Shown: in pieces, positions 50,736 through 62,689 of the stretch
How positions within the stretch are numbered: position 1 is the first letter of the stretch
How the letters are laid out: each line of letters begins with the position of its first letter
Assembly (NCBI RefSeq): GCF_026210795.1
Contig: NC_089435.1
Location: 4,836,001-4,900,000 of the forward strand
Direction of reading: 5' to 3'
DNA: 64,000 bases
Source of the DNA: Rhizophagus irregularis
Taxonomy: Eukaryota
Program-made: the position numbers and the translations under genes
Notes under the pieces: model-generated
The model's database searches: none
Told to the model about the DNA's origin: nothing
Seen by the model: the letters and a program-made list of their open reading frames with translations, nothing else

Positions 50736-53700
50736 GGGTTGAAACTTTAACCCGACCTGGTACTAGATCATGGATATTTCAGGTCAACCTGATCAGGTCA
50801 CCTGAAATCACCTGACCTGTTTAGAGCACTAAGTCAAAGTTTATATTATTATACTAAAGGTACTTATGAAAAGCCTCTAAGGCTTAATATAAAAAATAAT
50901 AAAATTTAAATGCTCATATTTTATACCTTTTTAATGATAAATTCAAATGCTTAATTGGTATTTTTTTTCATAGCAATTAATAAGTATTAATCTAAAATAT
51001 TTTTTAAGCATTTTGTTAAAGCAGCAATTATAAAGTATTTAATGATAAATATTTAATTTGTAATCTATTATAATGATAACTAAATACTTATTTTAAATAC
51101 AAATAGGTATTCATAAAACATTAAGCATTCAGTAAATACAAAATTTAAGCATTTATTAAATAATTTGTGTTTGATGAATACAAGTCTAACATTTGATCAA
51201 CTTCGTGATGCTAGGAATTTTTGTCCAGGAATCACATTTGTTATTTGAGATCAAACATCCTTCTCATAGATTACTTGTTTCGAATTGAAAATTTCAAGAT
51301 AGGTACAAATATCTTTAAACTGGAAGTGTGATTTTGTTACGTGATCATTTTTAGTTAATTTATAAATAATCCATCCAACGATATAGGAAAATTTTGATGC
51401 TTCAGCTGGTTCCAAAATAATAATATTCTTTGGCGTTATATTACAGTCTGCAGCAAAGTTAGTTGGATTTTTTTCATCGCTTTTTTTGAATGTATATTTA
51501 ATTACATTTTGCAAAAGTAAATATACAATAAGCCTTAAGACTGAAGAATCATGCAATTTAGTTTTTGCCAAAAATTCCTGATACCAGCTACCAGAACATT
51601 GATAGTTATTCAAACGGAGTTCAAAGGTAGAATTCCAAATAGTTAACCATTGAACCCCTATTTTCTTTGGAACAGATTCACAAGCAATTTTTTTAATATT
51701 ATCTTTCCACAATTGTAATAATTCATTAATAGAATCCAAATAAAGTATAACTTCAATAAGATTTTGTCATTCAATTTGAAGCTGATAAATTCTAAGATTT
51801 TCATAATCAACATTATCATTAAAGGACTTTAACGGAAATGTAAATCTTCCCATAGTTAAATTATCAGTAAAAAGATTTTTAAAGATAGTACAAGAAAATG
51901 ATGATAATTGTAACAATCGCATATTGTATTTTTGAGAAAGATCATTTTCATTTTCTTTGTTTTCTTCATTATGTAATTTTTTTCTTTTCGGTAATCTCTA
52001 AAAATTAAATAAAAAACATTTAATTAAATTTTATTTATAATTAAAAAATTGAAAATACTGTATATACCTTCTTGTTAAAGAATTAATACCAATACCAGTA
52101 GTATTATTAGCTATTCCATAATTAATGCTTTTTATTTCAGATGAAACTAATGCTGTAATTTGATATTTATTTAAAGTATGTCCATATGATTTTAGTGTTT
52201 GTGTGGAAGAATCTCCTCCAAGTTCACGAATTACACCAAAAAGACCTTCAAGTATATCTTGTGAAATACATCGTGACTGAACTATTGAACCAGGATATTT
52301 TTTCAAAATAAATTCTAATAGTCCAAGAAAACCATCAATTGATAAAATCAAATCAAATTGACATTGTGGTGAGATCCATTCCATATGTCCTGTCTTTTGT
52401 TTATTCCTATATATAAACCAATTATGAATTTCTTTTAAAGTATTAACACGCGGATCTTCTATAGAGCAAAAATTGATTTTACTATGCATAATCTGGCGAT
52501 ATTTTCATGCATATTTAATAAATTCCTTAAAAAAAAAAATTGGAATTAATAATACCTCAAATATAAATAAATAATATTCTTTAATAATAACTTACTCTTG
52601 TTCCTTCTGATATATTTTTAAATTTATTGATAGATGCTAATGCATCTTCAACTTCTTTTGATAATGTATGTTCAGCAAGGTCAACACGCATTTTACTCCA
52701 TGAAGTAAGCTATATATGTCGCTTTGTAAGTTTTGTAGCTTTTGCTGTTGCATGTTGATTTGTATATTCATAAACACCTTTTATATGTTTCCAACTAATT
52801 TCCTTTCCATTAATCATTATTTCTCTAGCATTTTTTTTACCAGTGTGACTCTTTGATAGATTATTTCTAAGTTTTTTAAAAACGTGTATTGAATCACTAA
52901 TAAAGAACCACTCTTCGTCTCTTCCCCAGTAATAGGATTATTATAAATAGGTCTAAGAAATTTACTAACATGATAACTAAAAACTTTCCATCTTCTTTTT
53001 GCATATATTCCTTCTACAATTTCTACAGATAATGTTATTTCAATCAGATCAAAATTCAATAATTTTTCCTAAATACCATTGATTATCATCTGGATTTTTA
53101 AATTCACATAACTTATTAACATTCCATTCTAATTTTAAAGGCATTGGTGGATGAATATAAGCTCGATCAATTGTAATTATTTCAGAATTATTATGATTAA
53201 GCTGACGTACAATAAATTTTGATCTTTCAGAATTACTACCTATGATTTCTGCTGCATAAAATGATTTTTTAGTTTTATCAAAATTAATTTCTACCAAATC
53301 ACCAGAAGACCAGGTTGATGCATACCAATCAAAACTCTTTATATGAGTTCTATTTTCTCCTGCACCATCACAAATTGAACCATATGTATGTATGCCAATA
53401 CATTCTAATTTTGCTGCAAGGTTGAATATTAAAGTATTTAAATTATGTGCTGTTAATATATTAATACCATAATAAGCAATTGGAAAGGCAAAGTTATGTG
53501 TTGTTGAGTGCCAAACAATTTGATGAACCTGAGTTGCAAGTTCATTCTTTTGCTTTTGCTTTTCAGATATAGTATTAGATAATGAATTATTTTCTCCTGA
53601 TATTTCACATTGACACTGCAAGGCAAATGATTGATAATCCTGCATTTCATTTTCAAAATCTAAATATCCAACATAACAGTTTTCACGTTGACTCCAAAGA

Positions 53701-55724
53701 AGACCTTTTTAAATTAAATTATTAATTAATTTATTTATATGTAAAATTAAAAATAAAATAAATAAAATTCAATACCTTTTTGAATTTTAAAGGAATCATG
53801 TGAAAAAAATCCTACTCGTCCATATCCCCAAATTTTGTTTGTTGTTAAACTTTCTAACATTTGAGAAGCAATTTTATCTTGCCATCCTGAATGCTGTTCA
53901 CTTTCATTTATATAACTTTTAAGGGTAGAAATTGATGGTAAACGCATTATTGTTTTCATTGCATTATAGGCAGCATTTCCAGATCTACTATATACAGATA
54001 TTGCCCAACGTAAAAACCTATAAAAAAAATTAGTTTTTTTTGTGAAATAAAATAAAGTCATTACTTAATTAATTAATCTTACATTGGATGGTATCTTACT
54101 CCATTTGGTTTTTCACTTTGAATACAAATTAGTTCTTGAAAAATAGGATGAAAATTTGAAATATCTATGTTTTTACTGGTAACATTTTCAGTAGCTGTAT
54201 AAGCAATTTTTTCCATCTCATCAGAGATTTCGCCTCCTTCTTCTTCTATCTTCTTCTGTAAGCAAGTTCTTATATTTGTAATAGTTAAATTTTGTTCTTG
54301 AATTATTTTGCATTGATGATTAATTTTTTTTATAAGAATTTCTTTAGAAGCATGTATAGTTTTCACAGAATTTACACCAGATAAAAATCTTCTATGAATT
54401 TGTTGTATTATTTTATGCACCTTTTAACAATTTTCACATACATTACTATTTTTTACTACAAGCATGCAATTTATATGTCGATATACTTCATCTGATTGAC
54501 CTTTATTCTCCAAAATAGCCAAAACAGCATGCTCTTGTGTATTGCTAACTAATTGATTTCCTCTAATACAAACTATATTTTCAAAACCTTGAATTTTAAA
54601 TTAATAATAAGTAAATAATAAATAAAAATATAAATACTTCAAATTATAAATTTATATTTACCAATGGTACTTTGTCTATAATAAACTTTAAGAAAAAAAA
54701 TATGTTTGATTTCATTAAGAGTTCTTTTCATTGCTTTAATTGGAAATGGAAGATCTACTTCTGGTAATATTTTATTAAATACCCAAACTTCGTAACTAAA
54801 TAAAGCACCTTTAGCAAAAATTATCATCATCTTTTCTGATTTTTTTTTTTTATTAAAAAAGTGAAGTTCAAGACCTTTATTAATTTCTTGTACAATGGTT
54901 CCTATAAATTTTCCACCTGGTAAAATTTCTTTTTGAATTAATAAAAAAATATTTTGAATATCTGCGCAATTAGAAGTTTTTCAGTATGGCGTATAATTAG
55001 ATTTACATAAAATTGATGCAATCGGTATACTAGTAGGATTGGATTCTAAAAAAATAGTTGTAAGAGCTGATTTATATCCTTTAAATAATCCTTGTTTTTT
55101 TAATCCAGTTATCCATTTGGAAAATGTTTCATACTTATGATCATTTTTAATACTATATACATATGCTTTTTTTTCTTTCACATCATATAAAAGTATACCT
55201 TCAAAGTATTTATCCAATGTTGGAAAAAAGTATACTTTTTTTCCTTTAAGTTCTGGTCAAATATGTACAAATTCTTGTAATGCTTCAACTTTTTTTTGCC
55301 GATTTATTGAAGTATTAGTTTTTTCATGAGAAGTAGAAGGCTATTTTGAAATAAGAATTATTAATATAATAAAATTTCTATTTAAAAATAACAACAGCAT
55401 CAATTTTTTTCTTGTTACTCACCATTTTTAACGTTTATCTTATAGTCTATAATCAATTAAAGTCGCTAATTCAAATTATCTTTAGAACTAGAAATGCAAT
55501 AACGATAAAATTCATATCACGTATAGCCACATATTGTATCATCTTGGTGTAATTTAATAGTGTCACAAGAAATTGACTTATTAGCAGGGGAGTAGGGGAG
55601 CTACCATTCGATTCATTCATTGTGTTATAAGATAATAAGAACCATCTAAAAGCGGAAACCAAATAGTAAAGCTTTATTCACTAGTAAATTATTATTTAAA
55701 AAAAAAATTATTATTAAAAAAAAA

Positions 55725-57429
55725 TCTATATAACTAAAAAAATTTGTCTGACGTTTGGATTTATAGTCTCTGTGTAAATAATTTAAATTGTGTAATTTGA
55801 AATACAATTAAAACCCGTGATAAGCCTCCGCCTGATCTATTTATGGTCAAAAACTATTCGATTCGTGTGCATTCCAATCAACTAATCCAATTTCAGTTAA
55901 TAAAATTTTCCTTTTTTTCGGAAATTTCCCTTTTTTTCAAACTGATTTCCTTTCTTTATTCTTTTTCTTCCCCCCAAATTTTTTTATTATATTAAATATA
56001 TTTACAAAATTATTATTTTTTTTAAAAAAATCAATATAACAAACATATCAGATATAGGAAAATTGACCAACACGAGTAAGATTTTTTCAATTAAATTAAA
56101 TGCTGGATAAATAGTTTGATTTTCAAATTCATAAAAATCAATTAATTATAAAATATATAAAAATGTCAATTTTTTTTTTAAAGAAATTGTTGATTTAATA
56201 ATAGATTATTATAACCAAATCCATATCCAAAATTGTCTAAATAACTATCAGATTTTTGAATAAAAATTTTAATTCAAATGGTTTAGTTAAATTAAGTACC
56301 AAAATAATAATAAATGAAATGAATAGATTCTAATACATTTAATTATTCAAATATTTTTTTTAAGTTGGTTATAAGTTTAAGATTGACGTAATATAAAATA
56401 AGAAATAATTATAAAATTTATAATTAATTAAAAAAAAATATTTGTAGTATTTTCATAATATTAAAGTTTTACAAAAATATTTCTAAAAAATTAATCAAAA
56501 AAATGAGGGTGAATGAAAAAATAGGGAGATAAAAGGATAAAAGAAATGAAGGAGAGTGAGGGAGAAACGAAATGGAGCAAAGGGTGAGCGAAAAAAATAA
56601 AAGGAACGAAAAAGATCAAGTCGGAATGAAAAAAAATGAAAAAAATGGAGGGACGAAATGGAGCAAAGGAGAATAAAAAAAAATGAAAGGAACAAAGGGT
56701 AATGTAAAAAGAAGTGGAATGGGAAAAAAATGAAATGATAGAGGATAGTGTAAAGGAACAAAAAAGATGAAACGGGAATGGAATAAAAATGAAAGGAACG
56801 AAGGGTAGTGTAAAGGAATGAAAAGACGAAGAAACAAAGAGGAAATAAAAATAACAGAAAAAACGAAGGAAGGGAAGAATAAAAAGAGCAAAAAAAATGA
56901 AGAAACAAAAAGAAAACAAAAAAATGGAGAAGGGACGGAAATGAGATAAACAGTAAAAACCAAACCCATAAAATTAAAAGGAGAAATAAAGTTAGTAGGA
57001 AACGGAAATTACATGTAATAAATAAACAAAAACAAAAAAATAAAAAACATACCTTAGTAGTTATAAAGAAGAATCGAAAGACCTAAAAAGAATGAATTCA
57101 AAATGTAAAATGATCAGCACAAATTTAGCCAATAAAATTTAATGTGAAAAATTATTAAATCGCCCAGGGTGAAAATACACTCAAACGTCAAATCATTAAT
57201 ATAAACTATATTATTCTAAATATAATTTATATCATTCTAATATTATAAATATAATTTAATACATGTTATTTATTATTTTTTGTTAACTAATTATTACCAT
57301 ATTAAATTCCTAATTATAAACAAAAAACTACTGTAACCATCTTTAATTTACTTAGTATTGCATTACATTATAATACTAAATTTTTCTATTTAATAAACAA
57401 ACTCATTTGTCCCGGTGCATGACTGCTAG
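55725..57429 (+). mobile_element. Non-autonomous Helitron-like insertion
   Basis: a|TCTATATAAC...CCCGGTGCATGACTGCTAG|t (TC start, CTAG end, A/T target, no TSD). The flanks rejoin to a local repeat unit seen again near 57645. Internal TGACGTTTG/CAAACGTCA inverted pair. The 3' hairpin is weak. Confidence 0.6.
56495..56990. repeat. Purine-rich low-complexity tract (similar tract at 49715-49850)
   Basis: GAA/AAG-rich + strand that produces spurious Phe-rich minus-strand ORFs in all three frames. Confidence 0.85.
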
Positions 57430-58265
57430 TAATAAACTAATACTAAATTGTACTATAATCTAGATTTTTTGAAGATATAATAATATTATTAAGATTAATC
57501 ACTTTTTTAAGAACGATAAATCAGCTGTAAAATAGTGATATAGTGATCTGCAAATTTGTATACATCATAAAAAAAAAAATTATTAAAAAAAAAAATTATT
57601 ATTACGATAAATCAGCTGTAAATAGTGATATAGTGATCTGTTAAAAAAATAATAATAATAAACTAATCCTAAATTGTACTATAATCTAAATTTTTGAAGA
57701 TATAATAATATTTATTTTTAATTTTAATAAATATTTAAAAGTTACTGTAAATTTTATTAGTAAAATATTTTTAGTGGAGTAAAATTATTATTAAAAAAAA
57801 AATCAAAAATTTATTAATTAAGAAAACATTCATTTTGAAAATTTTAAAAGTATTTTTCCTTTTTTAAATTTTATGAATTCTTTGATAAAAATTTTTTTAC
57901 GAAAAGAGAAAAAAATAGATCAAAATGGAAAACCATTTCCTTTATATTTTTTATGAATTTTTTTAATTTTTTTTTTCAACGAAAAAAAATTTTTTACAAA
58001 AGAAAAAAAATAAATTAAAAAGGAAACCCATTTCCTTTTTCATCTTATAAATTTTTTTGATTTTTTTATGAAAAAAAATTTTTACAAAAGGAGAAAAAAA
58101 AATTAAAAAGGAAACCCATTTCCTTTTTTCATTTTTATAATTTTTTTTTGATTTTTTTTTCAACAAAAAAAAAGTTTTTTACGAAAAGAGAAAAAATTAA
58201 AGCAAAAATGGAAAGTTATTTCCTTTTTCAATCAAAAAAAAATCTAAAAAACGTTAGCTTCGCTA

Positions 58266-58296
<31 letters not shown>

Positions 58297-61200
58297 GTTC
58301 AACTCATATATTTATTAATTTTAGAATAAAGATACAAAACGCGAGTTACAAAAATAAAGCTCTAGCTAACTAGTTACTAAATAGTTGTGGGGGGGATAAG
58401 AATTAATTGCTCTACGAGACGATCTAAATCCCACTGCCGACCCATAAACAACTTTCACCCATCTACTTGATGGACTACTGGAAGACGTATCAACCTTAAT
58501 AGCGTTTATAAACTACACTAACACCTACTGCACCTTTAATTAACTACACTACTACTAATAAATTAAAAATTCTATAAACATAATAACAAAGAGCTACGCT
58601 ATTATGGTACACAACAATTATAGTAATCAATTATTTTTCCTCCATATCTAATGTAATTAACTAATCCTTCTGTATCATTATATTTTTTATCTATAGGAGG
58701 TTTTTTTGTTGTTATACATTTTTCTTTACCATATTGTTCTTTTAAAACATTTTTTGTAATTCCTAATGCGATATTAATTTCATGATAGACAGAACATCGT
58801 TCATTCCAAAAATCTCTAATTAAATTGAAAGAAATTTTCCGGAAATTATATAAAATTTCCTTTGTTTTTTTATAATTTTTTAATTTTCCATTAATAAATT
58901 TACATAAACTTAAAGGAATTATTCCTTTTATTATATCAATACTTGTAAAAAAATCTTCTCTAATTGAATTATCCCAAATATAAGGTAAATCTGGCAAATC
59001 AATATCTTCTACATATAATGCTTGATTTTCTATATGATCATTAATACTATCAATTAAAATTTGTTTTATCTGTTGAATTAATATAAAATTGTCTTCTGAT
59101 CTTTGGTTACATGTCCAAACATGATTAAATTCTTCTTTTTCTATATTACATATTGGACAAAAACGATCTTTAAAAATTGAAAAACATGATTTTTTAATAT
59201 GTTCTATTGTAGGTATTTCTTCAATAAGAAATTGAATCTTTTTTCGCTTTAACTTAGATTCATAAAAATCTGTATGCATAGTACCTTGATCTCCTTGTAG
59301 TAGATAAAATGTAATTTCCCAATCTACTTGTAGTTTTCGATATTTATAATTTCGATTAAGATTTAAAAATTGTTCCAGATTAAAAATATTTGTATATATT
59401 TTTAAAAATTTTCTTAAACTTAATTCTATTGGTACACCATTCCATTTAGGAAAAAATTTAATTAATGATAATGACGTTGTTTTAATATTAATTCCTAAAT
59501 GTTGTATGTAATTATATTTATCTTTCAAATGTTGATTAAATATCGAAAAATTAAGATCATTTTCCTGAACAAGTAAGATATTAACATCTAATGATAATGT
59601 TTTAATAATTTCAAAAATTATAATCCACATATAATTATGGTGTTTTAATTTAAAAATTTGTCGACTCGTTAATGAAAAAAAATTATTAATTCTATAATTA
59701 TTATATGTTTCTATTAATGATTTATCTTTTGTAAGAATAGTTATTCTACTATTTTCTGGTAATATAATTATAGAACATAATAATGCTAAAATTGATGCTT
59801 TTGTTACTGATATATAATTATTATAACTTGAAAAAAATTCTAATATAAATGTCGAATTCAAATCAAATGTACTAAAACCAAAAATTGATTCAGCTTTATC
59901 TGTGCCTATGTTTTTTGCTGATCCATCTATATAAGTTAAAAATTGTTTAACATTTAATGATAGTATTAATCTTTGAGAATATAATAAATCTGATTTATTT
60001 AAAGATAGATCTATATATTTATCAATTATATTAACATTTTGATTCTGAAAATTCATTATAAACCTTGAGTCCATAACTTGATAATATTGTGGATTTAAAT
60101 TTAAATGTTGATTTATTTCCATTATCTGAAAAATATCTACGTATTGAGTTTTTGGTAGAACTAATGTTTTATTTTTTTCAAATTTATCTGTAAAATTTTT
60201 TGTTTTTTCTCCTACTAAAAACATATTAGATGTTTTAAGCTTTAATAAACATTTTTTTGATTCACGAGTATCATTTGCAAAATTACAACCAGAACAAGTT
60301 TGAACTTCCATATAAATACTTTGTTTATCACTTGTGACAATATAATGTCTAATAATGTATTCTTCTCCCTTTTTTTCTTCATCAAAAATTCTTCCTATTT
60401 GTAATCCATTATTCCAAAACATTATAAATTGTTTTTTCTTACATTCATTTGGCGAAATTAATTCGTAACCTTTTAAATTATTAATTACATTACTATACCG
60501 ATAACGTGGTTTCAATAAATTCGTATATTTATCTTCTATTGTAATATCATTTAATATTGAAAAAATTTTTGGGGTAATATTACTTGATCTTAAATTTCCA
60601 ACAAAACGTCGTTGTTTAAATTGCCAAAAAGTTAAAAAATAATCTCCTTTTAATGTAGTTAGTTGATCTAAAAACATTAATTTATATTTTCTTAATTGTT
60701 TCAAATATTTTATATAAACTTTTGGTGTAATTATATTTATAATTAATTCATGCCCACCTATTATTTTATTCAAATTGGAAATATCCAATTTATCTAATTC
60801 TATTGAAACATTATTTTCCTTCATTAAAAAAATATTATTTATAATAAAATTATTTTTAAATTTTGGTAAAAATACATTAATCTCTTTTTTTTGATATGGC
60901 ATATCTACTAAAGGACTTTTATCTAACCATAACTTATTTTGAATATCTATTATTCTAATTCTCATAATATCACCTAATAAACCTCTGTCATTTATTTGTA
61001 TAAAGAAATTATTTATCTTTGCTTGAATCTGATTGGCCCAGATAGAGCGTATATTATATATTAGATTATTCTCTACTATTGAATTAGGCGCTGTTGATGC
61101 AAATTTAAGTTTATTTTTAAACATTCTTCTATACGGTACCATCATTTGATTACATTCTTTTTCTGTAAAAATCGTTACTTGAGATCTATACTCTATTCTA

Positions 61201-62456
61201 GAAAGTATTATTGAGTTAAAAATGTAAGCCGTTTGTTTATCTGTAATAACTTTCCTTCTTAAAGTATTTGTAATTAAATTAAGAATATCATTTTTGCATT
61301 GATTTAATACAAATTTTCTATCATCATAAGCATTGAACCATACTCCTAAAATCCTAATTGAGTTTTCTTTTGGAACTGGAAATATACTAATTTTTTTATC
61401 TCCAAAATTAATATGAATTTTTTCTTTTTTTTCAAAATCATAATTCTTTGATCGTAAAAGTAATTCACTTTTATCCTTATTAATCTGTATATCATTTAAT
61501 GTATAAAATTCATCTGCAATAGATAAAAGTAATTCCAATTCATGTTTGTTTCCTGATATTATATTAGTATCATCCATGTAGGCTAAATTAGAAATATATA
61601 GCTTATGTTCCTTTTCGATATTCTCATAAATATTTACAATCTTTTTTGTTGATAATTTGTATCCCAAGTGATGTTTATTTAATTCGCATAGAAGAGGGTC
61701 ATAGTATATACACCACAAAAGAGGAGAAATTACTTCCCCTTGATCAATTCCTACAAGAACATCATATTCAGGGGTTAATCCTCCAGCTGTGAATACTTGA
61801 TTTTTCCTATTTGTAAATAGACTTAATATTAATTCAATAAAATTTAATGGAATTTTTAATCTTAGTAGAGCTTTACTTAACATATTTATATTAACTTTAT
61901 CATACGCTTTTGACATGTCTAATGCCAATAACCAAAGTTCTTTGTTATTTTCATTAGCATCATTAATTAATTCTTTAATAATTCTTATTGGTTCAAATGT
62001 TGAACTTAAAGGAAGGCCTGCAAATTGATTACCCTTTAAAATATTGTATTTCTTCAAGATTTTTGATAATCTTTGATTTAATATTGCTACCATGAGTTTT
62101 CGTACTGTTTCAAGCAAAGTTATTGGTCTGGTATTAACTAAATCACATCCCCACGGTTTCGGCTTTGGTATGGGATATACATTAGCTAATCTCCAATCTT
62201 TAGGTATTTGTCCATGTTTAAAGATTCCTGATATCATTTCTTTAATTAAATTCAAATATTCTGGTGATGCATGTTTAATCATTTCATAAGTAATGGTTGA
62301 TGGACCAGATGCTTTATTATTTGGTAAATTATGTATAAAAAATTGCCATTCTTCATCAGTGATCGGTTCTAATATATTTTTATATATTTCTGGATTTATT
62401 TCATCTATAGGTTGATATTGATATTTCCAATTTTCTGGAATTTCTTTTTCTCTGTT
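58266..62456 (-). mobile_element. Young 5'-truncated non-LTR retrotransposon (LINE) with 28-nt poly(A) and 17-bp TSD
   Basis: TSD AAACGTTAGCTTCGCTA at 58249-58265 and 62457-62473, T28 at 58266-58293, and an uninterrupted ORF. Confidence 0.95.
58602..62456 (-). CDS. LINE ORF2 (5'-partial): reverse transcriptase, RNase H-like domain, CCHC zinc knuckle
   Basis: The frame is open from the truncation point (NREKEIPENW..KASGPS). RT motifs RPITLLE, LDMSKAYD, GIDQGEVISPLLW, YMDD and ILGVWF; RNase H-like YIDGS; CPICNIEKEEFNHVWTC. Confidence 0.93.
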   Translation of the reverse strand, partial: NREKEIPENWKYQYQPIDEINPEIYKNILEPITDEEWQFFIHNLPNNKASGPSTITYEMIKHASPEYLNLIKEMISGIFKHGQIPKDWRLANVYPIPKPKPWGCDLVNTRPITLLETVRKLMVAILNQRLSKILKKYNILKGNQFAGLPLSSTFEPIRIIKELINDANENNKELWLLALDMSKAYDKVNINMLSKALLRLKIPLNFIELILSLFTNRKNQVFTAGGLTPEYDVLVGIDQGEVISPLLWCIYYDPLLCELNKHHLGYKLSTKKIVNIYENIEKEHKLYISNLAYMDDTNIISGNKHELELLLSIADEFYTLNDIQINKDKSELLLRSKNYDFEKKEKIHINFGDKKISIFPVPKENSIRILGVWFNAYDDRKFVLNQCKNDILNLITNTLRRKVITDKQTAYIFNSIILSRIEYRSQVTIFTEKECNQMMVPYRRMFKNKLKFASTAPNSIVENNLIYNIRSIWANQIQAKINNFFIQINDRGLLGDIMRIRIIDIQNKLWLDKSPLVDMPYQKKEINVFLPKFKNNFIINNIFLMKENNVSIELDKLDISNLNKIIGGHELIINIITPKVYIKYLKQLRKYKLMFLDQLTTLKGDYFLTFWQFKQRRFVGNLRSSNITPKIFSILNDITIEDKYTNLLKPRYRYSNVINNLKGYELISPNECKKKQFIMFWNNGLQIGRIFDEEKKGEEYIIRHYIVTSDKQSIYMEVQTCSGCNFANDTRESKKCLLKLKTSNMFLVGEKTKNFTDKFEKNKTLVLPKTQYVDIFQIMEINQHLNLNPQYYQVMDSRFIMNFQNQNVNIIDKYIDLSLNKSDLLYSQRLILSLNVKQFLTYIDGSAKNIGTDKAESIFGFSTFDLNSTFILEFFSSYNNYISVTKASILALLCSIIILPENSRITILTKDKSLIETYNNYRINNFFSLTSRQIFKLKHHNYMWIIIFEIIKTLSLDVNILLVQENDLNFSIFNQHLKDKYNYIQHLGINIKTTSLSLIKFFPKWNGVPIELSLRKFLKIYTNIFNLEQFLNLNRNYKYRKLQVDWEITFYLLQGDQGTMHTDFYESKLKRKKIQFLIEEIPTIEHIKKSCFSIFKDRFCPICNIEKEEFNHVWTCNQRSEDNFILIQQIKQILIDSINDHIENQALYVEDIDLPDLPYIWDNSIREDFFTSIDIIKGIIPLSLCKFINGKLKNYKKTKEILYNFRKISFNLIRDFWNERCSVYHEINIALGITKNVLKEQYGKEKCITTKKPPIDKKYNDTEGLVNYIRYGGKIIDYYNCCVP

Positions 62457-62689
62457 AAACGTTAGCTTCGCTATACTAACATATATATAAAATTATGTGA
62501 GACTTTTTTATCCAAATTTGGACTTATGGTTAGATCAAATGCAACATCTAATCCATAAAAATGCACTAACTAATCCATAAAACCGCACAATTTTTCATAA
62601 TTTTTCATTTTAAGATATGATTGTCAATGATCTAATGCATTCCAGGATATGATCATCATTTTGGCACATCGAATTATTTGATATGAGGG
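62457..62689 (-). mobile_element. Terminus of the TTAA-CCCT (piggyBac-like) element, copy 2; host of the LINE (continues below 58249)
   Basis: ...TTTGATATGAGGG|ttaa. Homologous to 44589-44839. The far terminus was not found. Confidence 0.7.

Larger units (their letters stand above)
47475..51210. mobile_element. Non-autonomous TIR element, 2-bp TSD CT, carrying a micro-exon array
   Basis: ct|CATCACGAAGTT...AACTTCGTGATG|ct with AAGCATT subterminal repeats. Removing it restores the P transposase frame (..KFLEFMYKMESLI..). Confidence 0.88.
46700..55425 (-). pseudogene. P-element/THAP9-like transposase, multi-intron, degenerate, split by insertion 47475-51210
   Basis: Motifs SGNAAYNAMKTIMRLPSISTL, SHDSFKIQKGL, ICDGAGENR, KMRVDLAEHTLS, SQDILEGLFGVIRELGG and FSYIVGWII match the P-transposase series. 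ATG|gt micro-exon at 55425. Several stops and frameshifts; the 3' end is approximate. Confidence 0.82.

Noticed and set aside
39033..55425. RIP-like mutation inferred from many TGG/CAG/CGA-to-stop changes
   Set aside because: Nonsense codons are biased to these contexts by definition. It needs alignment-based dinucleotide statistics that I cannot run.
56491..56969. Phe-rich membrane-protein-like ORFs (also 49675-50499)
   Set aside because: Low-complexity or satellite DNA open in several frames, with no coding signature.
44589..62689. One giant piggyBac bounded by the two inverted TTAA-CCCT ends
   Set aside because: It would interleave with, not nest in, the TSD-bounded P element (46435-62842). 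Two separate copies is simpler, though a rearrangement cannot be fully excluded.
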